Part shown: positions 47,572 to 64,000 of the stretch, piece by piece
Layout: every line of letters begins with the position of its first letter
Numbering within the stretch: position 1 is the first letter of the stretch
NCBI GenBank assembly: GCA_963718565.1
Contig: OY970364.1
Span: 256,001 to 320,000 of the forward strand
Source of the DNA: an uncultured Verrucomicrobiae bacterium
GTDB lineage: Bacteria; Chlamydiota; Chlamydiia; Chlamydiales; Rhabdochlamydiaceae
DNA: 64,000 nucleotides
Direction of reading: 5' to 3'
Position numbers and translations under genes: made by a program
Notes under the pieces: model-generated
Database searches by the model: none
Seen by the model: the letters and a program-made list of their open reading frames with translations, nothing else
Told to the model about the DNA's origin: nothing

Positions 47572-48480
47572 CTAAGCAGCCATTGCTGTAAAAATTCTTT
47601 GACCAAGATGTGCGATGCTCAGTGTCTTAGCATCATTCAAGGTAATGGGAGCGAGGTCTTGACGGTTGAAAGTGAAGATTTGATTGACAGTGGAATCGTT
47701 TAAAGCGCTGCCGAAAGCTCGATCTATATAGTTATTTTTAGAGAAAGTGCCCACATCTTCTAATGTTCCACAAAAGTCAGGCTTGCGTAAAACGGCATTG
47801 ACAAAAGCAGTACGAATTTTAAAGTGAAGGGCTTCATCCTCACATTGCAGGGCGAGTTGGCGCGCGGTCGCTTTTTCGTTGTTTGCCGAGTCTGTAATTG
47901 TCGGAGGCTGGCGTGCCTCATTGGCATGCTTATCTCTCAAATTCATCCAATATTCGACCTGTTTTTCTAAATATTTAGCTTGAGCAAGCAAAGGATTTAA
48001 AAGGGAGAGATTTTCAGGGTGTTGAGCCATTTCTGGGATGTGATTCCAGGCAATTCCCATCTGTCGCAGGATGAGCTGTAATTCTTGTGGCGTCCGGCTG
48101 GTCAAATCTGCATAATCGCGCTGAATTACTTTGTATTTTTCCGCTTCATCTTTAGCGGCTTGGGACCATTCTTGAAATTTTTTAACCTGTTGGGCTGCGG
48201 GCAAAGCGAAGAGGATTGCACTGATCCCTGCAATAGGAACATAAGCAAGGGCAAAAATGTTCGTCGCTATAAATGCACCAATGGCCAGCGCGAAAAAAGC
48301 CACTGTGGATACAATAGAGATAATATTCCATTGGCTAGATTTTTTTTCACAACTTGCCACTCTATCAGGGGAAAGATCTTCGATGCAGCGGCGAAGATAA
48401 GAAGTCCTGGTTTGAGGTGCCGTGGATGAGCTCGATAAAGTCGTTGTTGGGGAAGTAGGAGTCGCGACAGAAATTGCCAT
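47572..48480 (-). CDS. Inc-like protein, paralogue 2
   Basis: YL..CIEDL.P, KS.QW, bilobed hydrophobic domain and AFV.AV.R.P...GTLED.G shared with paralogue 1. Confidence 0.65.
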   Translation of the reverse strand: MAISVATPTSPTTTLSSSSTAPQTRTSYLRRCIEDLSPDRVASCEKKSSQWNIISIVSTVAFFALAIGAFIATNIFALAYVPIAGISAILFALPAAQQVKKFQEWSQAAKDEAEKYKVIQRDYADLTSRTPQELQLILRQMGIAWNHIPEMAQHPENLSLLNPLLAQAKYLEKQVEYWMNLRDKHANEARQPPTITDSANNEKATARQLALQCEDEALHFKIRTAFVNAVLRKPDFCGTLEDVGTFSKNNYIDRAFGSALNDSTVNQIFTFNRQDLAPITLNDAKTLSIAHLGQRIFTAMAA

Positions 48481-48560
48481 AGATGCACCTCATTGAGAAA
48501 AAATTTGGAAAAATCATGCCCGAAATGAGAATAAATGGCAATCATATGGAAAAATTTGAA

Positions 48561-49007
48561 CTATACTGCGCCCAGTCTATAAAAAACTAGCGCTTCTTTT
48601 TTCATGCGTTGGAAAAGACTTGCAAGCCCATTGGCTCTGCCCGGAGAAAGGATATTGGAAATGCCTAACTCTTCGAGAAAACGAGGGGGGCAAGAGAGAA
48701 TCGCCTCAGGGGGTTCATCATGGTATACAGCAAGCAGCAAGGCAACCAAGCCTGCTGAAATCAATGCTTCCGAAAAAGCATGAAAATGAATTTTCCCATT
48801 TACCAACTGGGAGTGCAGGTACATTGCACTTTGGCATCCCTTGACAAGATAGTCAGGAGTTCTATATTCCAGTGGATAAGGTGCGAGCTGTCTTCCCAGC
48901 TCAATAATTTTCTCATACTTCTTCTCTGGGGTAGCGTAACCGTCAAAACATTGAATGACTTTTCGCTGCTTGACTAGACAAGTGTCAAAAATGATTGCGT
49001 CTTGCAT
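48561..49007 (-). CDS. sufE: SufE family cysteine desulfuration protein
   Basis: KYEKIIELGRQL, VKGCQS and LSPGRANGL. Confidence 0.9.
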   Translation of the reverse strand: MQDAIIFDTCLVKQRKVIQCFDGYATPEKKYEKIIELGRQLAPYPLEYRTPDYLVKGCQSAMYLHSQLVNGKIHFHAFSEALISAGLVALLLAVYHDEPPEAILSCPPRFLEELGISNILSPGRANGLASLFQRMKKEALVFYRLGAV

Positions 49008-49179
49008 ATGAAAATTTCTTTTGATTTGGGCAACGGCTCATGCCCTTTAAGTATTGAAGCATTATAATAAGATTGACAATTTGAGGGAAATTTAGTTTGA
49101 TGAACGTGTTTTTTTAGAGTCTGTCTGTGAAAAGTTGTTATTTGATTTTTGATGCATTTTTTTACAGATAGGTTCTATA

Positions 49180-49437
49180 GAGGGAATTGCAAAACTCCTC
49201 GCCAGTAGAAAATCGATGATTTTGGGACCTGTTGCCAGAACCCGCACAGCGGGTTCGGTTGGCGGCGGCGAAAGCATGCTTGGATAAGTGGCTGCGAAGA
49301 CACGAGAAGGTCCGGAGAACCTTCGTAAGTAGCAAAGCAGGTGAGCGAAGAGCGAACCGGGGCCGAAGGCAGCCGCCGCCAAGGCGATAGGTGCCAAAAG
49401 CGTGATTTTATGCGGTGAAGAGTTTTGCAATTCCCTC
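49180..49437. repeat. Family A long form (258 bp)
   Basis: Same termini, TA on both flanks, extra internal module. Confidence 0.88.
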
Positions 49438-49484
49438 TATATACTGCAGGATAGTAAAAATTTTCATTTTTCTGAGTTAGATTC

Positions 49485-49703
49485 ATGCCGAAAGAAGATA
49501 CAATTAAAATTGATGGGACTGTAGAGGAGCTCTTGCCAAATATGACCTTTAGAGTCGTTTTGGAAAACGGGATGCGCGTTCTGGCTCATCTTTGCGGAAA
49601 AATGCGGATGCGCAATATCCGCGTCCTTGTCGGAGATATTGTCACCGTTGAGATGTCGCCTTATGATTTGACTAAGGCCAGGATTATTTACCGTCAAAGA
49701 TAG
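49485..49703 (+). CDS. infA: Translation initiation factor IF-1
   Basis: [39 protein letters not shown]. Confidence 0.98.
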   Translation: MPKEDTIKIDGTVEELLPNMTFRVVLENGMRVLAHLCGKMRMRNIRVLVGDIVTVEMSPYDLTKARIIYRQR

Positions 49704-49729
49704 ATTCCGGTCATCAAAAAAATACGATA

Positions 49730-49987
49730 GAGGGAATTGCAAAACTCCTCGCCAGCAGAAAATCGATGATTTTGGCACCTGTTGCCAGAACCCGCACAGC
49801 GGGTTCGGTTGGCGGCGGCGAAAGCATACTTGGATAAGTGGCTGCGAAGACACGAGAAGGTTCGGGGAACCTTCGTAAGTAGCAAAGCAGGTGAGCGAAG
49901 AGCGAACCGGGGCCGAAGGCAGCCGTCGCTAAGGCGATAGGTGCCAAAAGCGCGGTTTTATACGGTGAGGGGTTTTGCAATTCCCTC
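49730..49987. repeat. Family A long form (258 bp)
   Basis: Near-identical direct copy of 49180-49437, TA-flanked. Confidence 0.88.
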
Positions 49988-50005
49988 TATACTCAACAAT
50001 TGGTG

Positions 50006-50034
50006 TTGAATTTATTTACCCTAGAGAATAAACT
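50006..50034 (+). promoter_or_regulatory. Putative sigma66/sigma70 promoter of the tRNA-Thr-tuf operon
   Basis: TTGAAT-17 bp-TAAACT. Confidence 0.45.
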
Positions 50035-50208
50035 TTGCTGCTTTCGACCTGAAGTAGAGGTCTGTTCATCAGCAGTTTGCTTAGGATTTGAAGAGCACAG
50101 GCGAGGTCTGGAGACAGCTGAGTATCGCGCAAATAGATCTCATTTTGCGCCGTATTCAGCGGTCTACCAGAAAAACAGATGCCTAGCAAAACAGATGCCC
50201 GGCCAAAT

Positions 50209-50280
50209 GCCCAGATAGCTCAGTGGTAGAGCATTTGCATGGTAAGCAAGAGGTCGAAGGTTCAATTCCTATTCTGGGCA
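50209..50280 (+). tRNA. tRNA-Thr(GGT)
   Basis: Cloverleaf with anticodon loop AT-GGT-AA; upstream of tuf. Confidence 0.93.
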
Positions 50281-50326
50281 AAGAACGAAAAAATTAAACA
50301 TACAATGGAGCCAAACGGAGGGAATA

Positions 50327-51515
50327 ATGGCAAAAGAAGCATTTCAAAGGACCAAGCCTCACGTCAACATTGGAACGATTGGCCACGTTGACCATGGTAA
50401 AACAACCTTAACAGCTGCAATCACAAAAGTCTTAGCGGAAGAGGGAAAAGCGAAATATCGCGACTACGCTTCGATCGACAATACGCCAGAAGAAAAAGCG
50501 CGCGGTATTACGATCAACTCGACTCACGTTGAATATGAAACAGACAAGTCGCCACTATGCGCACGTCGACTGCCCTGGCCACGCCGACTACGTCAAGAAC
50601 ATGATTACAGGTGCTGCGCAAATGGACGGAGCTATCCTCGTCGTTGCTGCAACAGATGGTGCGATGCCGCAAACAAAAGAGCACATCCTCTTGGCACGCC
50701 AAGTCGGCGTTCCTGCGATCGTCGTCTTCTTGAACAAGATGGACATGATCGGCAAAGGCGATGAAGAACTCGTCGATCTCGTCGAAATGGAACTCACATG
50801 AACTTCTCGAAGCGAAAGGATACAAAAATGTTCCGATCATCCGCGGCTCTGCGCTTAAAGCTCTCGAAGGCGATCCTGAGTATGTCAAGAGCATCAAAGA
50901 ATTGATGAAGACAGTCGATGAGAAGATCCCAACACCTGCTCGTGAAACAGACAAGCCGTTCCTCATGCCGATGGAAGACGTGTTCTCCATTTCTGGCCGT
51001 GGAACTGTGGCGACAGGCCGTGTCGAGAGGGGCAAAATCAAAGTCAACGATAAGCTGCAACTCGTCGGAATCCGCGAGACACGCGATACTGTTGTCACAG
51101 GTCTTGAGATGTTCAACAAGCTCCTCGATGAAGCCCAGGCAGGTGAAAACGTCGGTATCCTCCTCCGCGGCATTGGAAAAGAACGATATCGAGCGCGGAA
51201 TGGTGCTCGCTGCTCCAGGAACTTGCACACCACATACAAAGTTCAAAGGGACAATTTACGTTCTCACGAAAGAAGAAGGCGGACGCCATAAGCCGTTCTT
51301 TACCGGTTACCGTCCACAGTTCTATTTCCGCACGACGGACGTAACCGGAACAGTCACTCTTCCCGCAGGAACCGAGATGGTGATGCCAGGCGATAACGTC
51401 GAACTCGACAGCGGAACTCATCCACCCGATCGCGATGGAAGAGGGAATGCGATTTGCGATCCGTGAAGGCGGCAGAACGATTGGTGCTGGAACTGTAACG
51501 AAAATCCTCAAGTAA
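50327..51515 (+). CDS. tuf: Elongation factor Tu (apparent frameshifts, probably sequence errors)
   Basis: [21 protein letters not shown] and GYRPQFY are spread across several frames. Confidence 0.95.
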
Positions 51516-51532
51516 ACGGATTTGAGTGTGCT

Positions 51533-51554
51533 AAGGCTCTCTTTAGAGAGCCTT
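51533..51554 (+). terminator. Hairpin between tuf and tRNA-Trp
   Basis: AAGGCTCTC-TTTA-GAGAGCCTT. Confidence 0.45.
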
Positions 51555-51573
51555 AAGTTTAGTGTATTTTGGT

Positions 51574-51646
51574 GGGTGTGTAGCTCAGCTGGTAGAGCAG
51601 CGATCTCCAAAGTCGCTGGTCGGGGGTTCGAATCCCTCCGCACTCG
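51574..51646 (+). tRNA. tRNA-Trp(CCA)
   Basis: Cloverleaf with anticodon loop CT-CCA-AA; between tuf and secE. Confidence 0.93.
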
Positions 51647-51675
51647 ATAAATAGGGTATAACAAAGAACGCTATT

Positions 51676-51948
51676 ATGGCTATGGATGCAAAGTTAAATC
51701 AGACACGACTTTCTGCTGATGCTCCTACCCAGCAAGCATCCAGGAAGAAGCGTCTGTTTAACTCTATTCAGGAATTAAAAGAAGAGCTTAAAAAGGTTAG
51801 TTGGACGACCAAAGACGAATTGAAATTATCGACAAAGATTGTCATTGGAGCAACCTTTCTCTTTGGAATTGGAATTTATCTCTTTGATCTAGTGATCAAA
51901 GGATGTTTGGATTTTATTGCACTCATCGTGCATTTTATTTTTGGCTAA
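51676..51948 (+). CDS. secE: Preprotein translocase SecE
   Basis: ELKKVSWT plus a TM helix; synteny. Confidence 0.93.
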   Translation: MAMDAKLNQTRLSADAPTQQASRKKRLFNSIQELKEELKKVSWTTKDELKLSTKIVIGATFLFGIGIYLFDLVIKGCLDFIALIVHFIFG

Positions 51949-51962
51949 TGAATTGAGGCGTC

Positions 51963-52511
51963 ATGCATAAATGGTACGTCGTTCAGGTAGTTTCCGGACA
52001 AGAAAAAAAAGTGAAGAAGACTATTGAAGAAAATCGTGAATCTAAAGGGATGGGCGATCTGATTGACTCCGTCTTAGTCCCGATTGAAAATGTCGCTGAA
52101 GTCAAACGTGGGCAACAGAGGGTGAGCGAAAAGAAGCTTTGGCCAGGATATATTTTGGTCAAAATGAATTTGACCGATGACTCGTGGATGTATGTGCGGA
52201 ATACCAATGGCGTGTTAGGATTTCTGGGCGGTGAAAAACCTACCCCTCTTGCGCAAGGTGAAGTGGATGAAATTCTACGAGAGCTCGAAGAGAAGAAAAA
52301 AGGCGTTGTTCAAAAGCACAATATTATGCCTGGAGACAAAGTTAAAATTACAGATGGCGTTTTCGTCAATTTCATCGGGAGCATTCAAGAGGTTTTTCAT
52401 GACAAAGGTCGGCTTAGCGTGCTGGTTTCGATCTTCGGCCGCGAAACTCGTGTCGATGATCTTGAGTTTTGGCAAGTGGAGCAAGTTCCCACGGAAACTG
52501 AATTTTCATAA
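51963..52511 (+). CDS. nusG: Transcription factor NusG
   Basis: WYVVQVVSGQE, PGYILV, KOW domain and SIFGRET. Confidence 0.97.
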   Translation: MHKWYVVQVVSGQEKKVKKTIEENRESKGMGDLIDSVLVPIENVAEVKRGQQRVSEKKLWPGYILVKMNLTDDSWMYVRNTNGVLGFLGGEKPTPLAQGEVDEILRELEEKKKGVVQKHNIMPGDKVKITDGVFVNFIGSIQEVFHDKGRLSVLVSIFGRETRVDDLEFWQVEQVPTETEFS

Positions 52512-52585
52512 CAATAAATTCCTCCTTGCCTCTATACACGATGTGTATAAAAGGAGAATAAATAGATTTGAGGTTTTAACAAACA

Positions 52586-53015
52586 ATGGCAAAGAAAATA
52601 GTAAAACTGATTAAGCTGCAAATTCCTGCAGGAAAAGCAAATCCAGCGCCTCCTATTGGACCTGCTCTCGGCGGTGCCGGAATCAACATCATGGGATTTT
52701 GCAAAGAATTCAATGCAAAAACACAAGATAAAGCAGGAGATATCCTTCCTGTTGAGATTACAGTTTATCCAGATAAATCCTTTTACCTTTATCACCAAGC
52801 AACCCCCTGTTTCTCGTATGATTCTCAAGGAGTTGAACATTGAAAAGGGATCAAAGGTTCCCAATAGGGAAAAAGTCGGCAAACTCACGAAATCTCAAGT
52901 GAGGAAAATTGCCAAAAATAAACTCCAAGATATGCGCGCAGATTCTGAAGAGGCTGCAATGATGCTTGTCATGGGAACAGCGCGTTCTATGGGAGTAGAT
53001 ATTATCGAAGGGTAG
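52586..53015 (+). CDS. rplK: 50S ribosomal protein L11 (one apparent frameshift)
   Basis: [15 protein letters not shown] ... GTARSMG in two frames. Confidence 0.95.
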
Positions 53016-53085
53016 ACGGCCCTTTAGAGTCGCTTGAGATATTCTTAAGCGGAGTTTAAAATTCCGTCGAATAAAGGAAACCAGA

Positions 53086-53795
53086 ATGCATCGAAGCAAA
53101 AGATTTCGGGAGATAGATAAAATCGTGGATGTGACGAAAGTTTACACCTCGATGAAGCTATCGAAATTTTGAAAAAATGTCCACCGGTGAAGTTTGATCA
53201 ATCGGTGGAACTATCGCTTAAAACAGGCGTCGATGTCCAGAAATCTGAGCAGCTAGTGCGTGGAACAGTATCCCTACCGAATGGTACTGGAAAACGTGTC
53301 GTGATTGTCGTTTTCGCAAAAGGCGATAAGATGAAAGAAGCGTTAAATGCTGGCGCAGACTTTGCTGGAAATGAAGAGCTCTTTGAAAAAATCAAATCGG
53401 GGTGGCTCGATTTTGATGCTGTGATCGCAACTCCTGATATGATGCGCGATCTCGGCAAACTCGCTAAAATTCTCGGGCCGCGTGGGCTGATGCCAACGCC
53501 AAAAGCGGGAACAGTGACAACAGATGTCGCTAAAGCGATTACTGAGGTCAAAGGGGGAAAGATCGAGTTTAAGTCTGATAAACATGGTGTGATTAATACG
53601 ATGGCAGGCAAACTTTCTTTTCAAACTGCGAAGCTCAAAGAGAATATCATCGCGATCCTTTCTGCAATCGTGAGGCAGAAGCCAGCCAGCGCGAAAGGGA
53701 TCTTTCTCAAATCCCTCGCCATTTCTTCGACAATGGGCCCTGGCATGAAGATCGATTTGCAAACGATCACGGAAATTCAAGGAGCTAAAGAGTAA
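53086..53795 (+). CDS. rplA: 50S ribosomal protein L1 (apparent frameshift near the 5' end)
   Basis: [15 protein letters not shown] and STMGPG; ATG 53086 follows AAGGA. Confidence 0.95.
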
Positions 53796-53798
53796 GAT

Positions 53799-54317
53799 AT
53801 GAGACCGGAAAAGCAATTACTTCTCGATGAGATAAAAGATAAGATTGCCGGCTCCAAGGCGGTTATGCTCGCCAGCTATAAGCGACTCGAACCTAACGCA
53901 GCGGCAATGTTTCGCGTTAATTTAGCGAAGACAGGCGGCTCTTTAGAGGTCGTTAAAAAGCGGGTGCTCATCAAAGCAGCGCAAGTTGCTGGCATCGCCT
54001 TAGATCCTGCTCTGTTACAAGGACACATTGCTGTTGTCTTTGCCAATGAAGATCCCATTCAAACGACAAAGGCTGTCTTTCAGTTCTCTAAGGAGAATGA
54101 AGAAGTTTTAGAAGTGATCGGCGGAAGGTTTGAAGGCGCTATCTGTACGGCAAGTGATGTCGAACAGATCTCCAAGCTTCCGAGCAAAGACGAAATGCGC
54201 TCCCAATTTTTGGGGACGCTCGAAGCACCGCTTTCGCAAACATTGGCGGTCATTGAAGCCTTGCTCACTTCCGTTATGCACTGCTTGGACAATAAGTCTC
54301 AACAAGTTAACTCTTAA
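53799..54317 (+). CDS. rplJ: 50S ribosomal protein L10
   Basis: Synteny; VVKKRVL and SKLPSKDE. Confidence 0.93.
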   Translation: MRPEKQLLLDEIKDKIAGSKAVMLASYKRLEPNAAAMFRVNLAKTGGSLEVVKKRVLIKAAQVAGIALDPALLQGHIAVVFANEDPIQTTKAVFQFSKENEEVLEVIGGRFEGAICTASDVEQISKLPSKDEMRSQFLGTLEAPLSQTLAVIEALLTSVMHCLDNKSQQVNS

Positions 54318-54349
54318 AAAATAACAAGATCAATCAAAGAGGTTGTACC

Positions 54350-54745
54350 GTGTCTACTCAACAAAATATTGATACATTAATCGAACAACTTAGCCAATTG
54401 AGCGTTCTCGATATGGCAAAACTAAAAACAGCTCTCGAAGAGAAGTGGGGAGTGAAAGCTGCAGCTGCTGCACCTATGATGATGGCTGCTCCTGCTGCTG
54501 GCGCTGCTGCTCCTGTTGCGGAATCCACTGAATTCAAAGTCACTTTGGAAGCAACTCCAGATGACAAGAAAATCGGTGTGATTAAGGTTGTCCGTGAAAT
54601 TACCGGCCTTGGCCTCAAAGAAGCTAAGGACATGGTTGACGGTGCTCCAAAAGTTTTAAAGGAGAGCTGTGCTAAAGCGGAAGCAGATGAGATTGCTAAG
54701 AAAATCACAACTGCTGGTGGAAAAGTGACCTTGAAAGGTCTCTAA
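54350..54745 (+). CDS. rplL: 50S ribosomal protein L7/L12
   Basis: Ala-rich hinge and [20 protein letters not shown]. Confidence 0.97.
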   Translation: MSTQQNIDTLIEQLSQLSVLDMAKLKTALEEKWGVKAAAAAPMMMAAPAAGAAAPVAESTEFKVTLEATPDDKKIGVIKVVREITGLGLKEAKDMVDGAPKVLKESCAKAEADEIAKKITTAGGKVTLKGL

Positions 54746-54773
54746 TTACTGTTTTAGCTAGGAAGAACGAAGG

Positions 54774-54801
54774 GCAGAAGTCATGAAAAATTGACTTCTG
54801 C
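54774..54801 (+). terminator. Hairpin/attenuator between rplL and rpoB
   Basis: GCAGAAGTCA...TGACTTCTGC followed by T-rich sequence. Confidence 0.55.
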
Positions 54802-54930
54802 TTGTCGTTTTTAGTTTTTCTTAGAATTTGACTATTCGAGAATGCATGTCTCGTGTTAGTAAAGTAGGATCATCGCGAGTTTTAAGCTCGCAAACATATT
54901 ATAAGCTATTTAAGCGTAGGAGCCGTTTCG

Positions 54931-62892
<7,962 letters not shown>

Positions 62893-62896
62893 GGTA

Positions 62897-62962
62897 GAGG
62901 GTTGCAAAACTTCTCGCCAGCAGAAAATCATTTTATGCGGCGAGGAGTTTTGCAATTCCCTC
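62897..62962. repeat. Family A short form after rpoC
   Basis: GAGGGTTGCAAAACTTCTCGCC...GGCGAGGAGTTTTGCAATTCCCTC. Confidence 0.8.
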
Positions 62963-63224
62963 GGTATATACTGAAGAAACTTCAAAAATTGGTTTTTTTA
63001 GCCATCTGTAACGCCTGTACGAACACAGTCGGCAGGGGATCAACGCAAATTTGCGGCTCTGCGTTGATCCCATCCGCCGTGCTCATGTAGTCTTTAAACA
63101 TATGTCACAAGAAGCTAATTTGTCATTGGCGCCCCGACAGGTCTGAACTTATCCCTGACACGGCTCCTGAAAGATTGGCCTAATATTGAATCTGGCGCAA
63201 GGGTAGGCAGGACAGCGAAAAAAC

Positions 63225-63323
63225 CTAACTCAGTAAAACCTTGGCAATTTTCTGCGCTGTCCATCCCTCATCGTAGAGTAGAATGGCCTTTATCCGATCG
63301 CGTATTCGCCCATCGTGCTTTCG
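63225..63323 (-). pseudogene. IS630-like transposase N-terminal fragment
   Basis: Translates to RKHDGRIRDRIKAILLYDEGWTAQKIAKVLLS*, like the HTH start of IS630 transposases. Confidence 0.6.
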
Positions 63324-63324
63324 A

Positions 63325-64000
63325 TCAGTTCTTAATCGAATTCAAGTGCAGGATTTCATCTTTGGAATAGTTAAACATTTTCTGATGCGCATCACCGCTA
63401 TAATAATTCAGTTGTTTGCTCACACCACGCTCATTTAAGACCCGATCAATATTCTCTTGGTTAAGTCTGCTGAGTTCAGCAGAATCTGTAGCTAGGATGA
63501 AGCCCCATACAGACCAAAATGAAGGGACAAAGGAATGATAGGAGACCGCATGCTGGAAAATATTTTTCAGATTGCGATGGACAGTGAGGTGGTCTTTCCT
63601 TTTCAGATCAAAATTAAATTCCATTGACTGGACAACAACGATGCCGTTGGGTTTTAAAATTTTCTTCACAGAAGCGTAGAACTCCGGTGTATACAATGCA
63701 ACAGCTGGACTGTCATCAAGTTTGTCACAGACATCGATGACAATAATGTCAAATTGATCTTCGGTATTTTCTACAAATTTTTTCCCATCTTCAATGATCA
63801 ATGTGGATTTGGGATGATCAAAAGAGCCTTGATGCCATTCCGTTAAACATTCTTTGCATTGCGCAATCACTTCTCCATCAATATCGACCAATACTAAGCG
63901 CTTCACTGAAGGGTGGCGCAATACCTCTCTTGCGGCAGCACCTTCTCCAGCACCGATAATCAGAACCGATTCTGGTTGAGAATGGAGCACCATCGCAGGA
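63325..64000 (-). CDS. speE: Spermidine synthase / polyamine aminopropyltransferase (5' part beyond the window)
   Basis: VLIIGAGEGAAAREVLRH, VDIDGEVI, EDG and DIIVID. Confidence 0.88.
   Translation of the reverse strand, partial: PAMVLHSQPESVLIIGAGEGAAAREVLRHPSVKRLVLVDIDGEVIAQCKECLTEWHQGSFDHPKSTLIIEDGKKFVENTEDQFDIIVIDVCDKLDDSPAVALYTPEFYASVKKILKPNGIVVVQSMEFNFDLKRKDHLTVHRNLKNIFQHAVSYHSFVPSFWSVWGFILATDSAELSRLNQENIDRVLNERGVSKQLNYYSGDAHQKMFNYSKDEILHLNSIKN

Noticed and set aside
49092..49980. Minus-strand ORFs of 60-130 aa over the family A repeats (also at 16814-17107 and 24797-25021)
   Set aside because: They are translations of the repeat itself; one overlaps infA antisense, and there is no independent coding evidence.

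Overview
The window appears to come from an environmental chlamydia (Chlamydiota). This rests on the gene order infA-tRNA-Thr-tuf-tRNA-Trp-secE-nusG-rplKAJL-rpoBC, a chlamydia-like DUF1207/LOG/MYG1/HIT/HEAT block and Inc-like proteins. (1) About 0.3-15.6 kb is a defence-rich island at the 3' end of a tRNA(CAT). It carries an AbiE-like type IV toxin-antitoxin pair whose toxin is split by an IS1634, a two-gene CBASS (patatin phospholipase plus CdnE-like CD-NTase), an integrase/HTH/Xis-like/Rep module with iteron-like repeats, a PD-(D/E)XK-like nuclease, a 1265-aa protein of 6 Zn-ribbons + SF2 helicase + RRP8-like methyltransferase, and a second, paralogous integrase. (2) 17-31.4 kb is a near-complete de novo purine operon (purM-L-Q-H-C/E-D-N-F-guaB-guaA) with a PurC-class II PurE fusion and a eukaryote-like IMPDH lacking CBS domains. 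(3) 31.6-49 kb holds chlamydial core genes, a hydrolase plus lipoprotein pair, an IS66-like element with hairpin-forming ends and a nested IS3, and a cluster of Inc-like membrane proteins. (4) 49.5-64 kb holds translation and transcription genes with many frameshifts (probably assembly errors) and a partial speE. A modular palindromic MITE-like family occurs 8 times. Family assignments come from motif recognition only; no database searches were run.
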